Under the pieces are notes generated by a model. It worked only from the letters and a program-made list of their open reading frames with translations, was not told where the DNA came from and did not search any database. DNA of 32,000 nt from an archaeon (lineage in GTDB: Archaea; Iainarchaeota; Iainarchaeia; Iainarchaeales; CSSED10-239): the NCBI GenBank assembly GCA_035400625.1, contig DAOMZT010000001.1, positions 120,001 to 152,000 on the forward strand. The letters are read 5' to 3'. This document shows, piece after piece, positions 15,786-24,690 of the stretch. Within the stretch, counting starts at the first letter, position 1, and every line of letters begins with the position of its first letter. The position numbers and the translations under genes are program-made.

Positions 15786-15868
15786 CGCAGAGGACGAGAT
15801 TTGAACTCGCGTAGTCTTTCGACTCTAGCTCTCAAGGCTAGCGCGTTTGACCACTCCGCCACCTCTGC
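15786..15868 (-). tRNA. tRNA-Ser (anticodon UGA)
   Basis: Same scaffold as tRNA-Ser(GGA), differing at 4 positions. Anticodon loop CTTGAGA. T arm GCGAG-TTCAAAT-CTCGT. 83 nt. Confidence 0.9.
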
Positions 15869-15892
15869 ATAAAAATCTTACCAAAGAAAATA

Positions 15893-15902
15893 CTTTTTAA
15901 AA
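15893..15902 (-). promoter_or_regulatory. putative TATA box for tRNA-Ser(UGA)
   Basis: Minus-strand TTTTAAAAAG at -25 to -34 from the mature 5' end. Same spacing as the element upstream of tRNA-Ser(CGA). Confidence 0.35.
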
Positions 15903-16052
15903 TATCCTTTGATAGAAACTCACTTTATTGGTCGTAAATATATATTTAAGATTAAAAAACTATATAAATAAAGCAGATTTTCTTTAGGTTTTAAAAACAA
16001 ACAACAAGGATTATAAACTGTTTATATTATAATTTTCTAAACTTCTTGTAGT

Positions 16053-17708
16053 GTGATTATTATGAACTATAAAGATATTGGTAATATTTACGATTTAGCA
16101 AAAGAAAAAAAACTAAAGCTTATTGTTGTTACTGGAGGCGTGCTTTCTGGACTTGGCAAAGGGGTATCATCATCAAGTACCGCTCTTCTCTTAGACAAGA
16201 ATCTTAAAAAAATACCAATCAAGTGTGATGGCTACCTTAACTATGATCCTGGCACTATGAACCCTATAGAGCATGGAGAAGTGTTTGTCCTAGATGATGG
16301 AACAGAAGTAGATATGGATTTTGGGCATTATGAAAGATATCTAGACATCTCTTGTAATGGCTCTCAAAATATAACTATGGGAAAAATCTATAAAGAAATT
16401 ATTGATCTTGAAAGAAATGGAATGTTTCAAGGAAGAACAGTCAAATTAATTCCAGAAGTTACTGACTACATAGAATATAGAATACTTAAGATTGCTCTTG
16501 ACAATAGTGCAGAACTTGTGCTATTAGAGATTGGCGGAACTGTTGGAGATTTAGAAAATGAACTTTATATTTCTGCTGCAAAAGGCATTAGAAAAAAGCT
16601 TGGAAAAGAAAATGTTTGTTTTGTTCATCTAGCATATGTTCCAGAGATTACACCAAGCGATGAACAAAAAACAAAGCCTGCACAAAACAGCATTTCTGAA
16701 CTTTTTAAAAGAGGAATAACTCCTGATGTCTTACTTTGTAGATCAAAAAGAGTGCTTGATAAGAAAACAGTAGAGAAATTTTGTGATAATTGTGGGCTAC
16801 ATCCTGATCAAATAATATCTGCTAATGACGTTAAAAATATTTATGAGATACCAATTAATTTTAAAAATCAAAAACTAGATGTTTTAATTTCTAAAAAACT
16901 AAACATAGACACTAATAAAGAATTTGATAAATTTGTTGAAGCAATTAAAAAAATAGAAAATAAAAGTCCGGAAAAGATTAAGATTGGAATTTGTGGAAAA
17001 TATACAAGAATGGATGATTCTTATGCTTCTGTCATTGAAGCATTGCATCATGCTAAAACAACTATTCCGGAAAGTTTGGATATAAGATTTATAAATTCAG
17101 AAAAATATGAGGATAATAATGTAAACACAGAAGAAATTAAAGAACTTGATGGGATTATTGTTCCTGGTGGCTTTGGGCCTAGAGGAGTTAAAGGCAAACT
17201 AAAAATTATTAATTTTGCTAGAACTAATGATGTGCCATACTTGGGACTTGGCTATGGTATGCAACTTGCTGTTATTGAGTTTGCAAGAAATGTTTGTGGA
17301 ATAACTGATGCTAATACTACAGAGATAGAAATTGATTGTAAAGAACCAATAATTACAATCTTGCCTGATCAAGATTATAAAACAAGTAAAAAGATGAGGC
17401 TAGGCTCTTGTGTTGCTGAACTTTTAGAAGGATCTAAAGTTTCTGAAATCTATGGTAAAAATAAAATTACAGAAAGGCACAGACACAGCTTTGAAGTTAA
17501 TCCAAAATACCATTCTGTTCTTAAAGAAAATGGGCTTGTACTTTCGGGGTTTGACCCAACTGGAGAGCTTTTAGAGTTTATAGAACTAAAGAAACACCCT
17601 TTCTTTATTGGAACGCAAGCACATCCTGAGCTTAAATCTAAGCTACTAACCCCACATCCATTATTTGTAGCTTTTATAAAAGAATGTAAAAAAAGAAAAG
17701 AAAAATGA
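16053..17708 (+). CDS. pyrG: CTP synthase
   Basis: KLIVVTGGVLSGLGKG N-terminal P-loop-like motif, GIRKKLGKENVCFVHL, glutaminase domain GIIVPGGFGPRG...PYLGLGYGMQLA and RHRHSFEVN. The track start at 16053 is GTG; an ATG at 16062 is an alternative start. Confidence 0.95.
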   Translation: MIIMNYKDIGNIYDLAKEKKLKLIVVTGGVLSGLGKGVSSSSTALLLDKNLKKIPIKCDGYLNYDPGTMNPIEHGEVFVLDDGTEVDMDFGHYERYLDISCNGSQNITMGKIYKEIIDLERNGMFQGRTVKLIPEVTDYIEYRILKIALDNSAELVLLEIGGTVGDLENELYISAAKGIRKKLGKENVCFVHLAYVPEITPSDEQKTKPAQNSISELFKRGITPDVLLCRSKRVLDKKTVEKFCDNCGLHPDQIISANDVKNIYEIPINFKNQKLDVLISKKLNIDTNKEFDKFVEAIKKIENKSPEKIKIGICGKYTRMDDSYASVIEALHHAKTTIPESLDIRFINSEKYEDNNVNTEEIKELDGIIVPGGFGPRGVKGKLKIINFARTNDVPYLGLGYGMQLAVIEFARNVCGITDANTTEIEIDCKEPIITILPDQDYKTSKKMRLGSCVAELLEGSKVSEIYGKNKITERHRHSFEVNPKYHSVLKENGLVLSGFDPTGELLEFIELKKHPFFIGTQAHPELKSKLLTPHPLFVAFIKECKKRKEK

Positions 17709-17710
17709 TT

Positions 17711-18628
17711 CTATTTCTTTGCTAATTTTTCAGAAATTTGTTTAGGGGTGTTTCCTGATTTTTCTTTTAGTATTTCTAATTGATTAGAAGATAATGATTT
17801 TTGTTTCATTGTTTGGCAATTAATTTGCTTATAAGTACTTGCGGATGTTAAAAGTTGATTGCTTGTTGTAATATCTACTGCTAAATTTACATAATAATCC
17901 AAACCATTTGCTAGGATTGTATTTGCTTCATTTGGAAAAAAGCCCGTATAAAAATAGTTTCTTTGTGGTGTTGAATCCCAATCAAAATACCAAAAATCGG
18001 CATTATTTGGATTATATATACTTAAGTAGAAATGCACATCACTAATATTTCCTGCATTTTTGTGCCCCATTTCGTATTGACCACTACAATCAAAATCGAA
18101 ATAAGTAACTTCTGCAAATTGATATCCACTTTCGTTTTCTACTGCTTCGTGATGTTTATATATCGAGTGTCCATTTTCTAAAATAAATTCTCCGTTAATT
18201 GAAGAATAAACTGCTAAATTGTTTTGATTAAATGGAATATAACTGTAAGTATATCCTTGTGTAGAATATCCATTTGATGCATCTAGTTTTAAATTATCAT
18301 AATTGCCAGTTGTATACCCCCCTACAGTAAAAGAAGAGTCTTTATTTACTGTTGCTGGCACATTTGAATTTATAAATTCCATTAGCATGTAAATATAATT
18401 TTTATAATTATATCCTGATACATTATCAAAACCTTGATCTAATCTTAAATAATCATCTATAGAAACACTTGTATTTACATTATTCATTTCATTTTTGGAT
18501 TTTGCATAAATATTCGAAGTTGCTTGTCCAGTGGTTGCTAAACTTGTTATTAATAATCCTAAAAGTATACCTATTATTAGCGAAACTAATGTCCAAAGTA
18601 TTAATGAACTATTATTTTTTTTTGCCAT
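17711..18628 (-). CDS. N-terminally membrane-anchored N/Y/S-rich protein, function unknown
   Basis: 305 aa. TM LILWTLVSLIIGILLGLLITSLA, aromatic and Asn-rich presumably extracellular body. GGAGGAAA SD upstream. Convergent with pyrG, 2 nt between stops. Confidence 0.55.
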   Translation of the reverse strand: MAKKNNSSLILWTLVSLIIGILLGLLITSLATTGQATSNIYAKSKNEMNNVNTSVSIDDYLRLDQGFDNVSGYNYKNYIYMLMEFINSNVPATVNKDSSFTVGGYTTGNYDNLKLDASNGYSTQGYTYSYIPFNQNNLAVYSSINGEFILENGHSIYKHHEAVENESGYQFAEVTYFDFDCSGQYEMGHKNAGNISDVHFYLSIYNPNNADFWYFDWDSTPQRNYFYTGFFPNEANTILANGLDYYVNLAVDITTSNQLLTSASTYKQINCQTMKQKSLSSNQLEILKEKSGNTPKQISEKLAKK

Positions 18629-18780
18629 TTATAATTTCCTCCATTTAAATTTTGTTTAAATTTGTTTTCTTATTATATATTATTAGTATAGAGGGATGGT
18701 GGGTTTTATAAATAAATCTATTTTTTGGGATTTGAAAAAAGAGAAAAGATATGAAAAAAATCGCAAAAAACGGAAAATTT

Positions 18781-18796
18781 GCTTAAAATCTTAAGC
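18781..18796 (-). terminator. hairpin plus T-run downstream of the DUF4349 gene
   Basis: GCTTAA-aatc-TTAAGC. On the minus strand it is followed by AAATTTTCCGTTTTTTGCGATTTTTTT. Located in the 228-nt spacer between two minus-strand genes. Confidence 0.3.
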
Positions 18797-18856
18797 AAGA
18801 AGTCAGACTTTTTGATGAAAATTAGGTGCAAATTACAGAAAAAGAAAAGAAGAAAA

Positions 18857-19759
18857 TTATTTCTTCTTTTGCTTTGAAGACTTGTTTCGTTTTATTGCAA
18901 CCACAATAAAATAAACAACACCTATAACAATTGCCCAAGGTAGTGTGCTTGCAATAAATCTTAATAAAGAGTTTGCACTGTTAATAAAAGCCTTAACTAG
19001 CGTTGAAAACTTTACAAAGGCAACTCCAAGATAATCTGATTTTTCTGTAATGTTTAAATTAATTGTTGAATAGTCAACTCTTTCTTCTATGCTTTTTAAA
19101 GAATCCTCTAGATATGCAATTGTCCTTTCTTGATTAAAAATCCTATCATTTATATTTAATTTATCCTCAATTTTTGTTGCTTGAGCATACATTTCCTGAT
19201 ATCTTAAAAGCCTTTTCTTTTCTGCTTCTAGCTCCAATTTATTATTTGTGTATTGACCAGTAACATCATCTTCCCCTTCATTCAAGCGAGTTACTTTTCC
19301 TAATGTTTTAAGTTTAGAAATCACATCATCGTAATCACTAGCCTTTACTTTTATTGTGTAGTTTCCATAATATATATATTTGTTGTTTGCAGTGTTTGTG
19401 GATATGTTCTCTTTAAGTATAAAAGCATTCTTACTTGAAATATATGATTTTAGTTGTGCATCTGTTTCTTGAAACTTACCAGCTTTAATTTCTAAGCCAA
19501 GACTTGAATTTTTTATAACTTGCCTGTATATCTGTTCTGGCGAAAAAGATGTGGATTTAGAATTATACACTGAATCATAATAAACTTCAGATGTAGGATA
19601 ATAAAGTGCTGCTTGGTCTGTTGCATAGTTTGCAGAACGGCCCACATAGTTTGAACCCAATCCCAACACAGTAAATAACAAAACAACCATTACTATTATT
19701 GCTAAAACCAGCAAAAGCCAATTATCTTTTATTTTTATTAATTGTTCTTTAAAACTCAT
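18857..19759 (-). CDS. DUF4349-like membrane protein
   Basis: 300 aa. N-terminal and C-terminal TM segments flank a central coiled-coil-like region (LELEAEKKRLLRYQEMY...IAYLEDSLKSIEERVDYSTINLNI), as in DUF4349 proteins. Confidence 0.6.
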   Translation of the reverse strand: MSFKEQLIKIKDNWLLLVLAIIVMVVLLFTVLGLGSNYVGRSANYATDQAALYYPTSEVYYDSVYNSKSTSFSPEQIYRQVIKNSSLGLEIKAGKFQETDAQLKSYISSKNAFILKENISTNTANNKYIYYGNYTIKVKASDYDDVISKLKTLGKVTRLNEGEDDVTGQYTNNKLELEAEKKRLLRYQEMYAQATKIEDKLNINDRIFNQERTIAYLEDSLKSIEERVDYSTINLNITEKSDYLGVAFVKFSTLVKAFINSANSLLRFIASTLPWAIVIGVVYFIVVAIKRNKSSKQKKK

Positions 19760-19824
19760 GTTTTTTCCTCCAAATAATATTTTATGGTCGTATTATTTAA
19801 ATAATGACTGAAATACTTAGGAAA

Positions 19825-21162
19825 TTACCTAATTTTTCTTGACTCAAGATAATATCTTTTTTCGTGCGCCTCGCCCATTGAAAAGGTTTTACGAGGAAGA
19901 GAACCATCAACAATAACGCTTTTGAAGAATTGCTTTTTTTGAATGGTTGGAAGATAAATGCCAGCATTATTAGGTTTTTGACCTAGAGAACACAAAACAT
20001 CGTCGCCATGAACATAATCTATTTTCTCAAAGCCGTAGTTTCTTCCGAGATTGTCCAAGAATTCCTGTATTGTTCCTACTGGAATATTTGATTTAGGATT
20101 TGTTATTTTTATTATGCCTGTTTTCTTAGGGTTATCAGTAATCAAACCAATAAAATGCTTGTCTCTGATTTTCTTAGTTTTAATAATTTTAATTACTTCT
20201 TCTTTTGGTTTTTTTGCAAATCTAAAAGAATCCCCAAAATAACTTTTCATCTCCTTAATTATGTCTTTCTTGAGATTAAACAAAACTCTGTGTATTGCTT
20301 CAAACTCTAAAGACTCGTCATGAAGATTAACAAGCTCAATTAAAGCATATCTTGCTGGATGATTCATAATCTCTTTCTTATTTGGTGCTTCATTTTTGAT
20401 TATCTCCCAGACCGCCTTAGCTGTTGCAAGAGAATGGTTACCATCACCTACTGCATAAAGAAGAGGTGGATATGCCTTATCAAGTTTATATTTCTTTTTA
20501 AACTTCTCTGGAACTATTAACTTTTCTAAAGCCCTTGTTGCTTTTTTCTCAAATTTTTTAGAAATTAAATATCCAGAAATACGCCCTCCATTTTTCATAA
20601 GCTCAAAAGAATAAAGTTTTTCAAATTCTTGTTTGTTTTCTGACATAATATTTATAACTTTTCCTTTAGGATCATCAATTAATACCATTATGTGTGGCAA
20701 CTCTAATGGAGCATCTTTTCTAATCTCTATTCTTGGTGGAAGCCTATCTAAAATTGTTCCTTCTGTTGCTCTTACAAGTGTTGTTGAGCCAACATGATAA
20801 TTATATTTTTCCAAATCTAAAGCAACAATCAATCCTTTTCGCACCTTATCTTTTATTTTTCGTTCAACATAAACAAAGCCATTATAATCTTCAAATAATT
20901 TATTAGAAATAAATTCTTTCATATTCTTTACAATAGACTTTATCCTTTCTGGCTTATCTTCATCTTCTAGATAAATTTCAGGAAAAATAATATTTAATGT
21001 TGATGGGCTATTATCTACAATCTTTTTAACTGAATTCCAATATTCTGGTTCTGAAGTGTACTGGTCACAAGCAACAACAGACCATTTTGTTAAATCAACA
21101 TTTTTTGGCAATAATACTCTTGGAGCACAAAGCCCTACATTTTCATAATATCTTAGTTTCAT
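19825..21162 (-). CDS. DUF1015 (COG4198) family protein
   Basis: ORF track extends to 21240. The ATG at 21162 (MKLRYYENVGLCAPRVLLP) has an AAGGAGAG SD just upstream and fits the usual family N-terminus. GDGNHSLATAKAVWE matches the conserved DG.HR/S block. Confidence 0.75.
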   Translation of the reverse strand: MKLRYYENVGLCAPRVLLPKNVDLTKWSVVACDQYTSEPEYWNSVKKIVDNSPSTLNIIFPEIYLEDEDKPERIKSIVKNMKEFISNKLFEDYNGFVYVERKIKDKVRKGLIVALDLEKYNYHVGSTTLVRATEGTILDRLPPRIEIRKDAPLELPHIMVLIDDPKGKVINIMSENKQEFEKLYSFELMKNGGRISGYLISKKFEKKATRALEKLIVPEKFKKKYKLDKAYPPLLYAVGDGNHSLATAKAVWEIIKNEAPNKKEIMNHPARYALIELVNLHDESLEFEAIHRVLFNLKKDIIKEMKSYFGDSFRFAKKPKEEVIKIIKTKKIRDKHFIGLITDNPKKTGIIKITNPKSNIPVGTIQEFLDNLGRNYGFEKIDYVHGDDVLCSLGQKPNNAGIYLPTIQKKQFFKSVIVDGSLPRKTFSMGEAHEKRYYLESRKIR

Positions 21163-21249
21163 ATTTTCTCTCCTTTTTAAATTTAAATTTATACTCTTTT
21201 CCTCTTTTTTTATTATTGTGTAGTTCTTTTCTTTTGGCACCTACATTTT

Positions 21250-21267
21250 CTTTTCTTGTAAGAAAAG
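21250..21267. repeat. 18-nt palindrome CTTTTCTTGTAAGAAAAG, copy 2
   Basis: Identical to 15010-15027. Lies 12 nt downstream of the tRNA-Gly 3' end (minus-strand sense) and upstream of the DUF1015 gene. Confidence 0.6.
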
Positions 21268-21279
21268 AAAAGGCAGATA

Positions 21280-21351
21280 TGCAATCACCGGGACTCGAAC
21301 CCGGGTCTCAAGCTTGGGAAGCTTACATCCTAACCACTAGACTATGATTGC
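21280..21351 (-). tRNA. tRNA-Gly (anticodon CCC)
   Basis: Minus strand: acceptor GCAATCA/TGATTGC plus A73. D arm GTCT-AGTGGTTA-GGAT. Anticodon stem TAAGC/GCTTG with loop TTCCCAA. T arm CCGGG-TTCGAGT-CCCGG. 72 nt. Confidence 0.85.
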
Positions 21352-21357
21352 TAAAAT

Positions 21358-22020
21358 TTATAATTCAATACTTTGTCCAAATTCTAAAGTTATTTGCTTA
21401 ACCTCCAGATTTTCTTTTTCTATTAATTCTTGTAATTGTTCTGGTGTGCCATAAAGGTTCATAAAGGTTTTATAATGCATGGGGATTACATATTTTGGCT
21501 TTAGTTCTTTTAAAAACTCGATTGCGCCTTTTGGATCTATAGTATACACTCCGCCAACAGGAAGAATCGCAATGTCTGGTTTAAACTTTTCAGCAATCTC
21601 TTTAATCTCTATAAAATAATCTGTGTCTCCTGCAAAATAAATTGTGTTCTCTTCTGTTTTTATAATTAACCCTGTTGCTACTCCGCTGTCCGAGCGATGA
21701 ACTGCCTTTACAAAGGTAACTTCTATGCCTTTGTAGTTGATAGTGTCTCCGACAGTCCCAGAAAGAACCCAAAGCCCTTTTGCCTTTAGTTTTTCGCCTA
21801 GACCGTTTTCACAAATGATACTGCTGTTGTTTACTTTTGCAATCTTTTCTGTATCACCAACATGATCAAAATGATCATGACTAACTAATATCAAATCAGG
21901 GTTGAAATTATCAAGGCTTGCTTTAATCAATGGGTTTTTAGAGATAAACGGATCAATCAAAATTTTATGCGTTTTGTATTCTAAGACAAAACAAGCGTGT
22001 CCTATATACTTGATTTTCAT
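21358..22020 (-). CDS. metallo-beta-lactamase-fold hydrolase (UPF0173-like)
   Basis: 220 aa. MKIKYIGHACFVLE, ILVSHDHFDHVGD (HxHxDH motif), FAGDT. Typical of the UPF0173 metal-dependent hydrolase family. Confidence 0.85.
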   Translation of the reverse strand: MKIKYIGHACFVLEYKTHKILIDPFISKNPLIKASLDNFNPDLILVSHDHFDHVGDTEKIAKVNNSSIICENGLGEKLKAKGLWVLSGTVGDTINYKGIEVTFVKAVHRSDSGVATGLIIKTEENTIYFAGDTDYFIEIKEIAEKFKPDIAILPVGGVYTIDPKGAIEFLKELKPKYVIPMHYKTFMNLYGTPEQLQELIEKENLEVKQITLEFGQSIEL

Positions 22021-22947
22021 TTATTTGTTCTCCTGACTTTTTGTTTTCTTCTGATAGTTTTCTTTAATTTCTAATATCTGATTGTATGGGCCTATAAAGT
22101 ATAGTTTCCCTATTTTTAGATAGATTACAATTTCCTTAACATATATCTTAAATCTTGTCTGCATTATGTTATCTAGCTTAGACAAAAGCAAATTCTTTAA
22201 GACGTCAATGTCTGTTAGCTTAAGCACAAAAACATTATCTGGTTTTCTTGTAAACTCTGGATGTGTTTCAAAAAGCATTCCTGAGTTTATGTCTGTTTTA
22301 TCACAATCGATTATTATTTCTGAGATGTTGTTTATTTTTAACAGTTCTTTAATAAGCGAAAATGCATTCTCATCAAGATTAATCACAAATTGGTCTTCAA
22401 AATTTAGATCTTTCAATGACTGAATCTGTCTATCAAAGGCTTGTTCAAAATTTGTTAATCTAGTTTCAATGTTTTTTTTTATATCCTCTAAATCAGATAT
22501 ATAAAATGCAGCACTTGTCTTTCCCATTTTTAGAAGTGTTTGATCTTCTTTTGATCTTTCCAAGAAAATTTGTAGATTTCTAACAATATCATCAAGATAT
22601 TGTAAAGATCTTGCAGGTGATTTTTGTAAAAGATCATTTAAGCTGTTTATGTTATTAAGCATCTTGTCCTGAAGCTTAGATTCAACTATTTTTTTTCCTT
22701 TTTCTGTTATCTCAAAGAAGTCTTCTGTTTTTTTAATATAACCAAAAGATACCAGATTTTTTATAACTCTTGATAGTGCAGCTCTTGCAGATTCAGTACT
22801 TGAATAATTAGGAATAATTCTTGTAAGCAATTCATTAAAGTTTGTTTTCTTTTGATTAATCTGTAAAAGAATAGAATCCATTACTGTCATAAATAGCCCT
22901 CTTATATATATTTTAGGGTTTTGTTTAAAAAGCTTTTGAAGCACCAT
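22021..22947 (-). CDS. winged-helix N-terminal domain protein with a long uncharacterised C-terminal region
   Basis: ARAALSRVIKNLVSFGYIKKTEDFFEITEKGKKIV is MarR/PadR-like wHTH. The rest is helical with no recognised motif. The likely real start is the ATG at 22890 (M20), preceded by AGAGGG. Its stop abuts the MBL hydrolase start with no gap. Confidence 0.6.
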   Translation of the reverse strand: MVLQKLFKQNPKIYIRGLFMTVMDSILLQINQKKTNFNELLTRIIPNYSSTESARAALSRVIKNLVSFGYIKKTEDFFEITEKGKKIVESKLQDKMLNNINSLNDLLQKSPARSLQYLDDIVRNLQIFLERSKEDQTLLKMGKTSAAFYISDLEDIKKNIETRLTNFEQAFDRQIQSLKDLNFEDQFVINLDENAFSLIKELLKINNISEIIIDCDKTDINSGMLFETHPEFTRKPDNVFVLKLTDIDVLKNLLLSKLDNIMQTRFKIYVKEIVIYLKIGKLYFIGPYNQILEIKENYQKKTKSQENK

Positions 22948-22999
22948 TTTATTATAAAAAACGTTATTTTTAGTTTAAATTAAATAAGGGGGTTATTTT

Positions 23000-23209
23000 A
23001 TGGCAGATTTACCAGTAGCAGCAATTGATAGACTTATAAGAAAGGCAGGAGCTGAGCGCGTTTCTGAAGATGCGGCAGAAGAACTTAGCAAAATACTTTC
23101 TGAGGTCGCAATAGATATCTCTAAGCAAGCAATAGAACTTGCAAAACATGCCAAAAGAAAAACAGTAACTGGCGAAGACATAAAACTAGCAACAAAGACA
23201 ATGCAGTAA
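23000..23209 (+). CDS. archaeal histone (HMf family)
   Basis: 69 aa. LPVAAIDRLIRKAGAERVSEDAAEEL...AIELAKHAKRKTVTGEDIKLA is a canonical histone fold of the HMfA/B type. GGGGG SD upstream. Confidence 0.92.
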   Translation: MADLPVAAIDRLIRKAGAERVSEDAAEELSKILSEVAIDISKQAIELAKHAKRKTVTGEDIKLATKTMQ

Positions 23210-23225
23210 ATTTTAGGTAGAAAAT

Positions 23226-24053
23226 ATGAAATGCGATTTACATATTCACACTCGCTATTCCGATGGCTTTCATTCAGTAGAGTATGTTATAGAAAAGGCT
23301 GCTTCTAAAAATTTAAAGGCAATAGCAATTACAGATCACAACTCTATTTCTGCATTGCCTGATGCACGAAGACTTGCAGAAAGAAAAAACATAGAATTAA
23401 TTACAGGCGTTGAGATTAATTGCGAAGGCACAGAAATATTAGGTTATTTTTTTGATGTAACTTATGAGCCTTTACTTAAGATTATGGAAGAAAATGCAAA
23501 GTCCATACATGATGTTACCATGCAAAAATTCTATTGGCTTAAGGACAACGGGTATGATATAGACTTAAAAGACATTATGCATTTTGTTGGGCCAAACAAG
23601 ATGCTACAAGCCACACATCTTGCTTTAGAGCTTAAAAAGAAAGGGTACGTTCCTACACTGCAAGATGCTTTTTCAATAATTATTAAGAAAATAAAAATTG
23701 ATTATAGGCCTAAAAGATATCCCACAAAAAAAGTAATATCTGAAATAATAAACGCAAATGGAGTTGCTGTTTTACCACACCCATGGTATTTGCCACCAAC
23801 TATCAGAAACGACTTTGAGGTTTACATTTCTAAACTTAAAGAACAAGGCCTTGTTGGTATTGAAACAATCGGGCCACACAATAAAGAAGATGACAAGATA
23901 ATTGCTAGATTTTCAGAGATTGCTAAAGAAAAAGATTTGGTAGAAACTGGTGGCTCTGATTTTCATGGTGCAAGTTATTTTCCAGAAAATAAACTTGGAG
24001 AATATACAGTAAATTATTCAGTTATAGAAAAGCTCAGAAAAAAAATCATTTAA
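23226..24053 (+). CDS. PHP-domain metal-dependent phosphoesterase (COG0613-like)
   Basis: CDLHIHTRYSDG, AITDHNS, GVEI, LPHP and GGSDFHG motifs. Confidence 0.85.
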   Translation: MKCDLHIHTRYSDGFHSVEYVIEKAASKNLKAIAITDHNSISALPDARRLAERKNIELITGVEINCEGTEILGYFFDVTYEPLLKIMEENAKSIHDVTMQKFYWLKDNGYDIDLKDIMHFVGPNKMLQATHLALELKKKGYVPTLQDAFSIIIKKIKIDYRPKRYPTKKVISEIINANGVAVLPHPWYLPPTIRNDFEVYISKLKEQGLVGIETIGPHNKEDDKIIARFSEIAKEKDLVETGGSDFHGASYFPENKLGEYTVNYSVIEKLRKKII

Positions 24054-24633
24054 GTTTTATTTTCTTTTTAAGAAAAGACATTGCTTTATTTTCTACTTGC
24101 TTAATTGATAATTCATTTGTATTAATTACTAAATCAAAGACCTTCTTGTCTTTTCCTAAAGTAAAGCCATATAGCTTTTTGAAATGTTCTTTTGAAAAAT
24201 TGTCTTTCTCTTTCAGTATCTTGTAAGCTTCTTTAAATGAAATCTTGTCTCTTAAAGACAATCTTTTTGCTCTTATCTTTTCTGTGCCATCAAGCCAAAT
24301 CTTAATTATATTTTGGTTGTTTTCTACAAGATATGGTAAAGTCCAAGAGTCAAGAACCATATTATCTTTGGTGTTTACTAGGTTAATCAAAAACTTATCT
24401 AGCTTTTTATCAATAGATTTGCTTTGTTGCCTTTTTTTGTCAAGACCTGAAAACTCATACCACCCTTTATTCATTTTTGTGTTTTCAATTTGTATCTTGT
24501 CTTCCGGAATGCCACAAGCAAACTGTTTAAGAATATCAGATGTGTGTATGTGCTTATACTTAAGTTTTTTAGCTACAGATTTAACAAGATAACTTTTGCC
24601 AGAAGCTGATAAGCCGCAAATCAATACAATCAT
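24046..24633 (-). CDS. cmk: archaeal-type cytidylate (CMP) kinase
   Basis: P-loop ICGLSASGKSY. IKIWLDGTEKIRAKRLSLRD...EKDNFSKEHFKKLYGF......FDLVINT matches the archaeal cmk pattern. The 3' end overlaps the PHP gene by 8 nt (convergent). Confidence 0.7.
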   Translation of the reverse strand: MIVLICGLSASGKSYLVKSVAKKLKYKHIHTSDILKQFACGIPEDKIQIENTKMNKGWYEFSGLDKKRQQSKSIDKKLDKFLINLVNTKDNMVLDSWTLPYLVENNQNIIKIWLDGTEKIRAKRLSLRDKISFKEAYKILKEKDNFSKEHFKKLYGFTLGKDKKVFDLVINTNELSIKQVENKAMSFLKKKIKLK

Positions 24634-24690
24634 AAAAAAATAATATTTGAAAACATTTAAAACTGCTTCCTTTCTTATAATATAGTAAAT

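Noticed and set aside
18629-18856. A UGAUGA C-box-like string (18813-18818) in the long spacer raised the possibility of a C/D-box sRNA.
   Set aside because: No matching D box (CUGA) at a suitable distance, no terminal stem, and no C'/D' pair. The spacer is adequately explained by terminator, promoter and SD elements.
21087-21347. 86-aa plus-strand ORF spanning the DUF1015 5' region and tRNA-Gly.
   Set aside because: Its C-terminal part is simply the antisense of tRNA-Gly(CCC) (…QSPGLEPGSQAWEAYILTTRL). The rest is antisense to coding or intergenic sequence.
24064-24077. CTTTTTAAGAAAAG near-palindrome at the convergent PHP/cmk junction, resembling the 18-nt tRNA-associated palindrome.
   Set aside because: It lies inside the cmk coding region, where it encodes the Lys-rich C-terminus (LKKKIKLK), and it is not an exact match. 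It is most simply explained by lysine codons.
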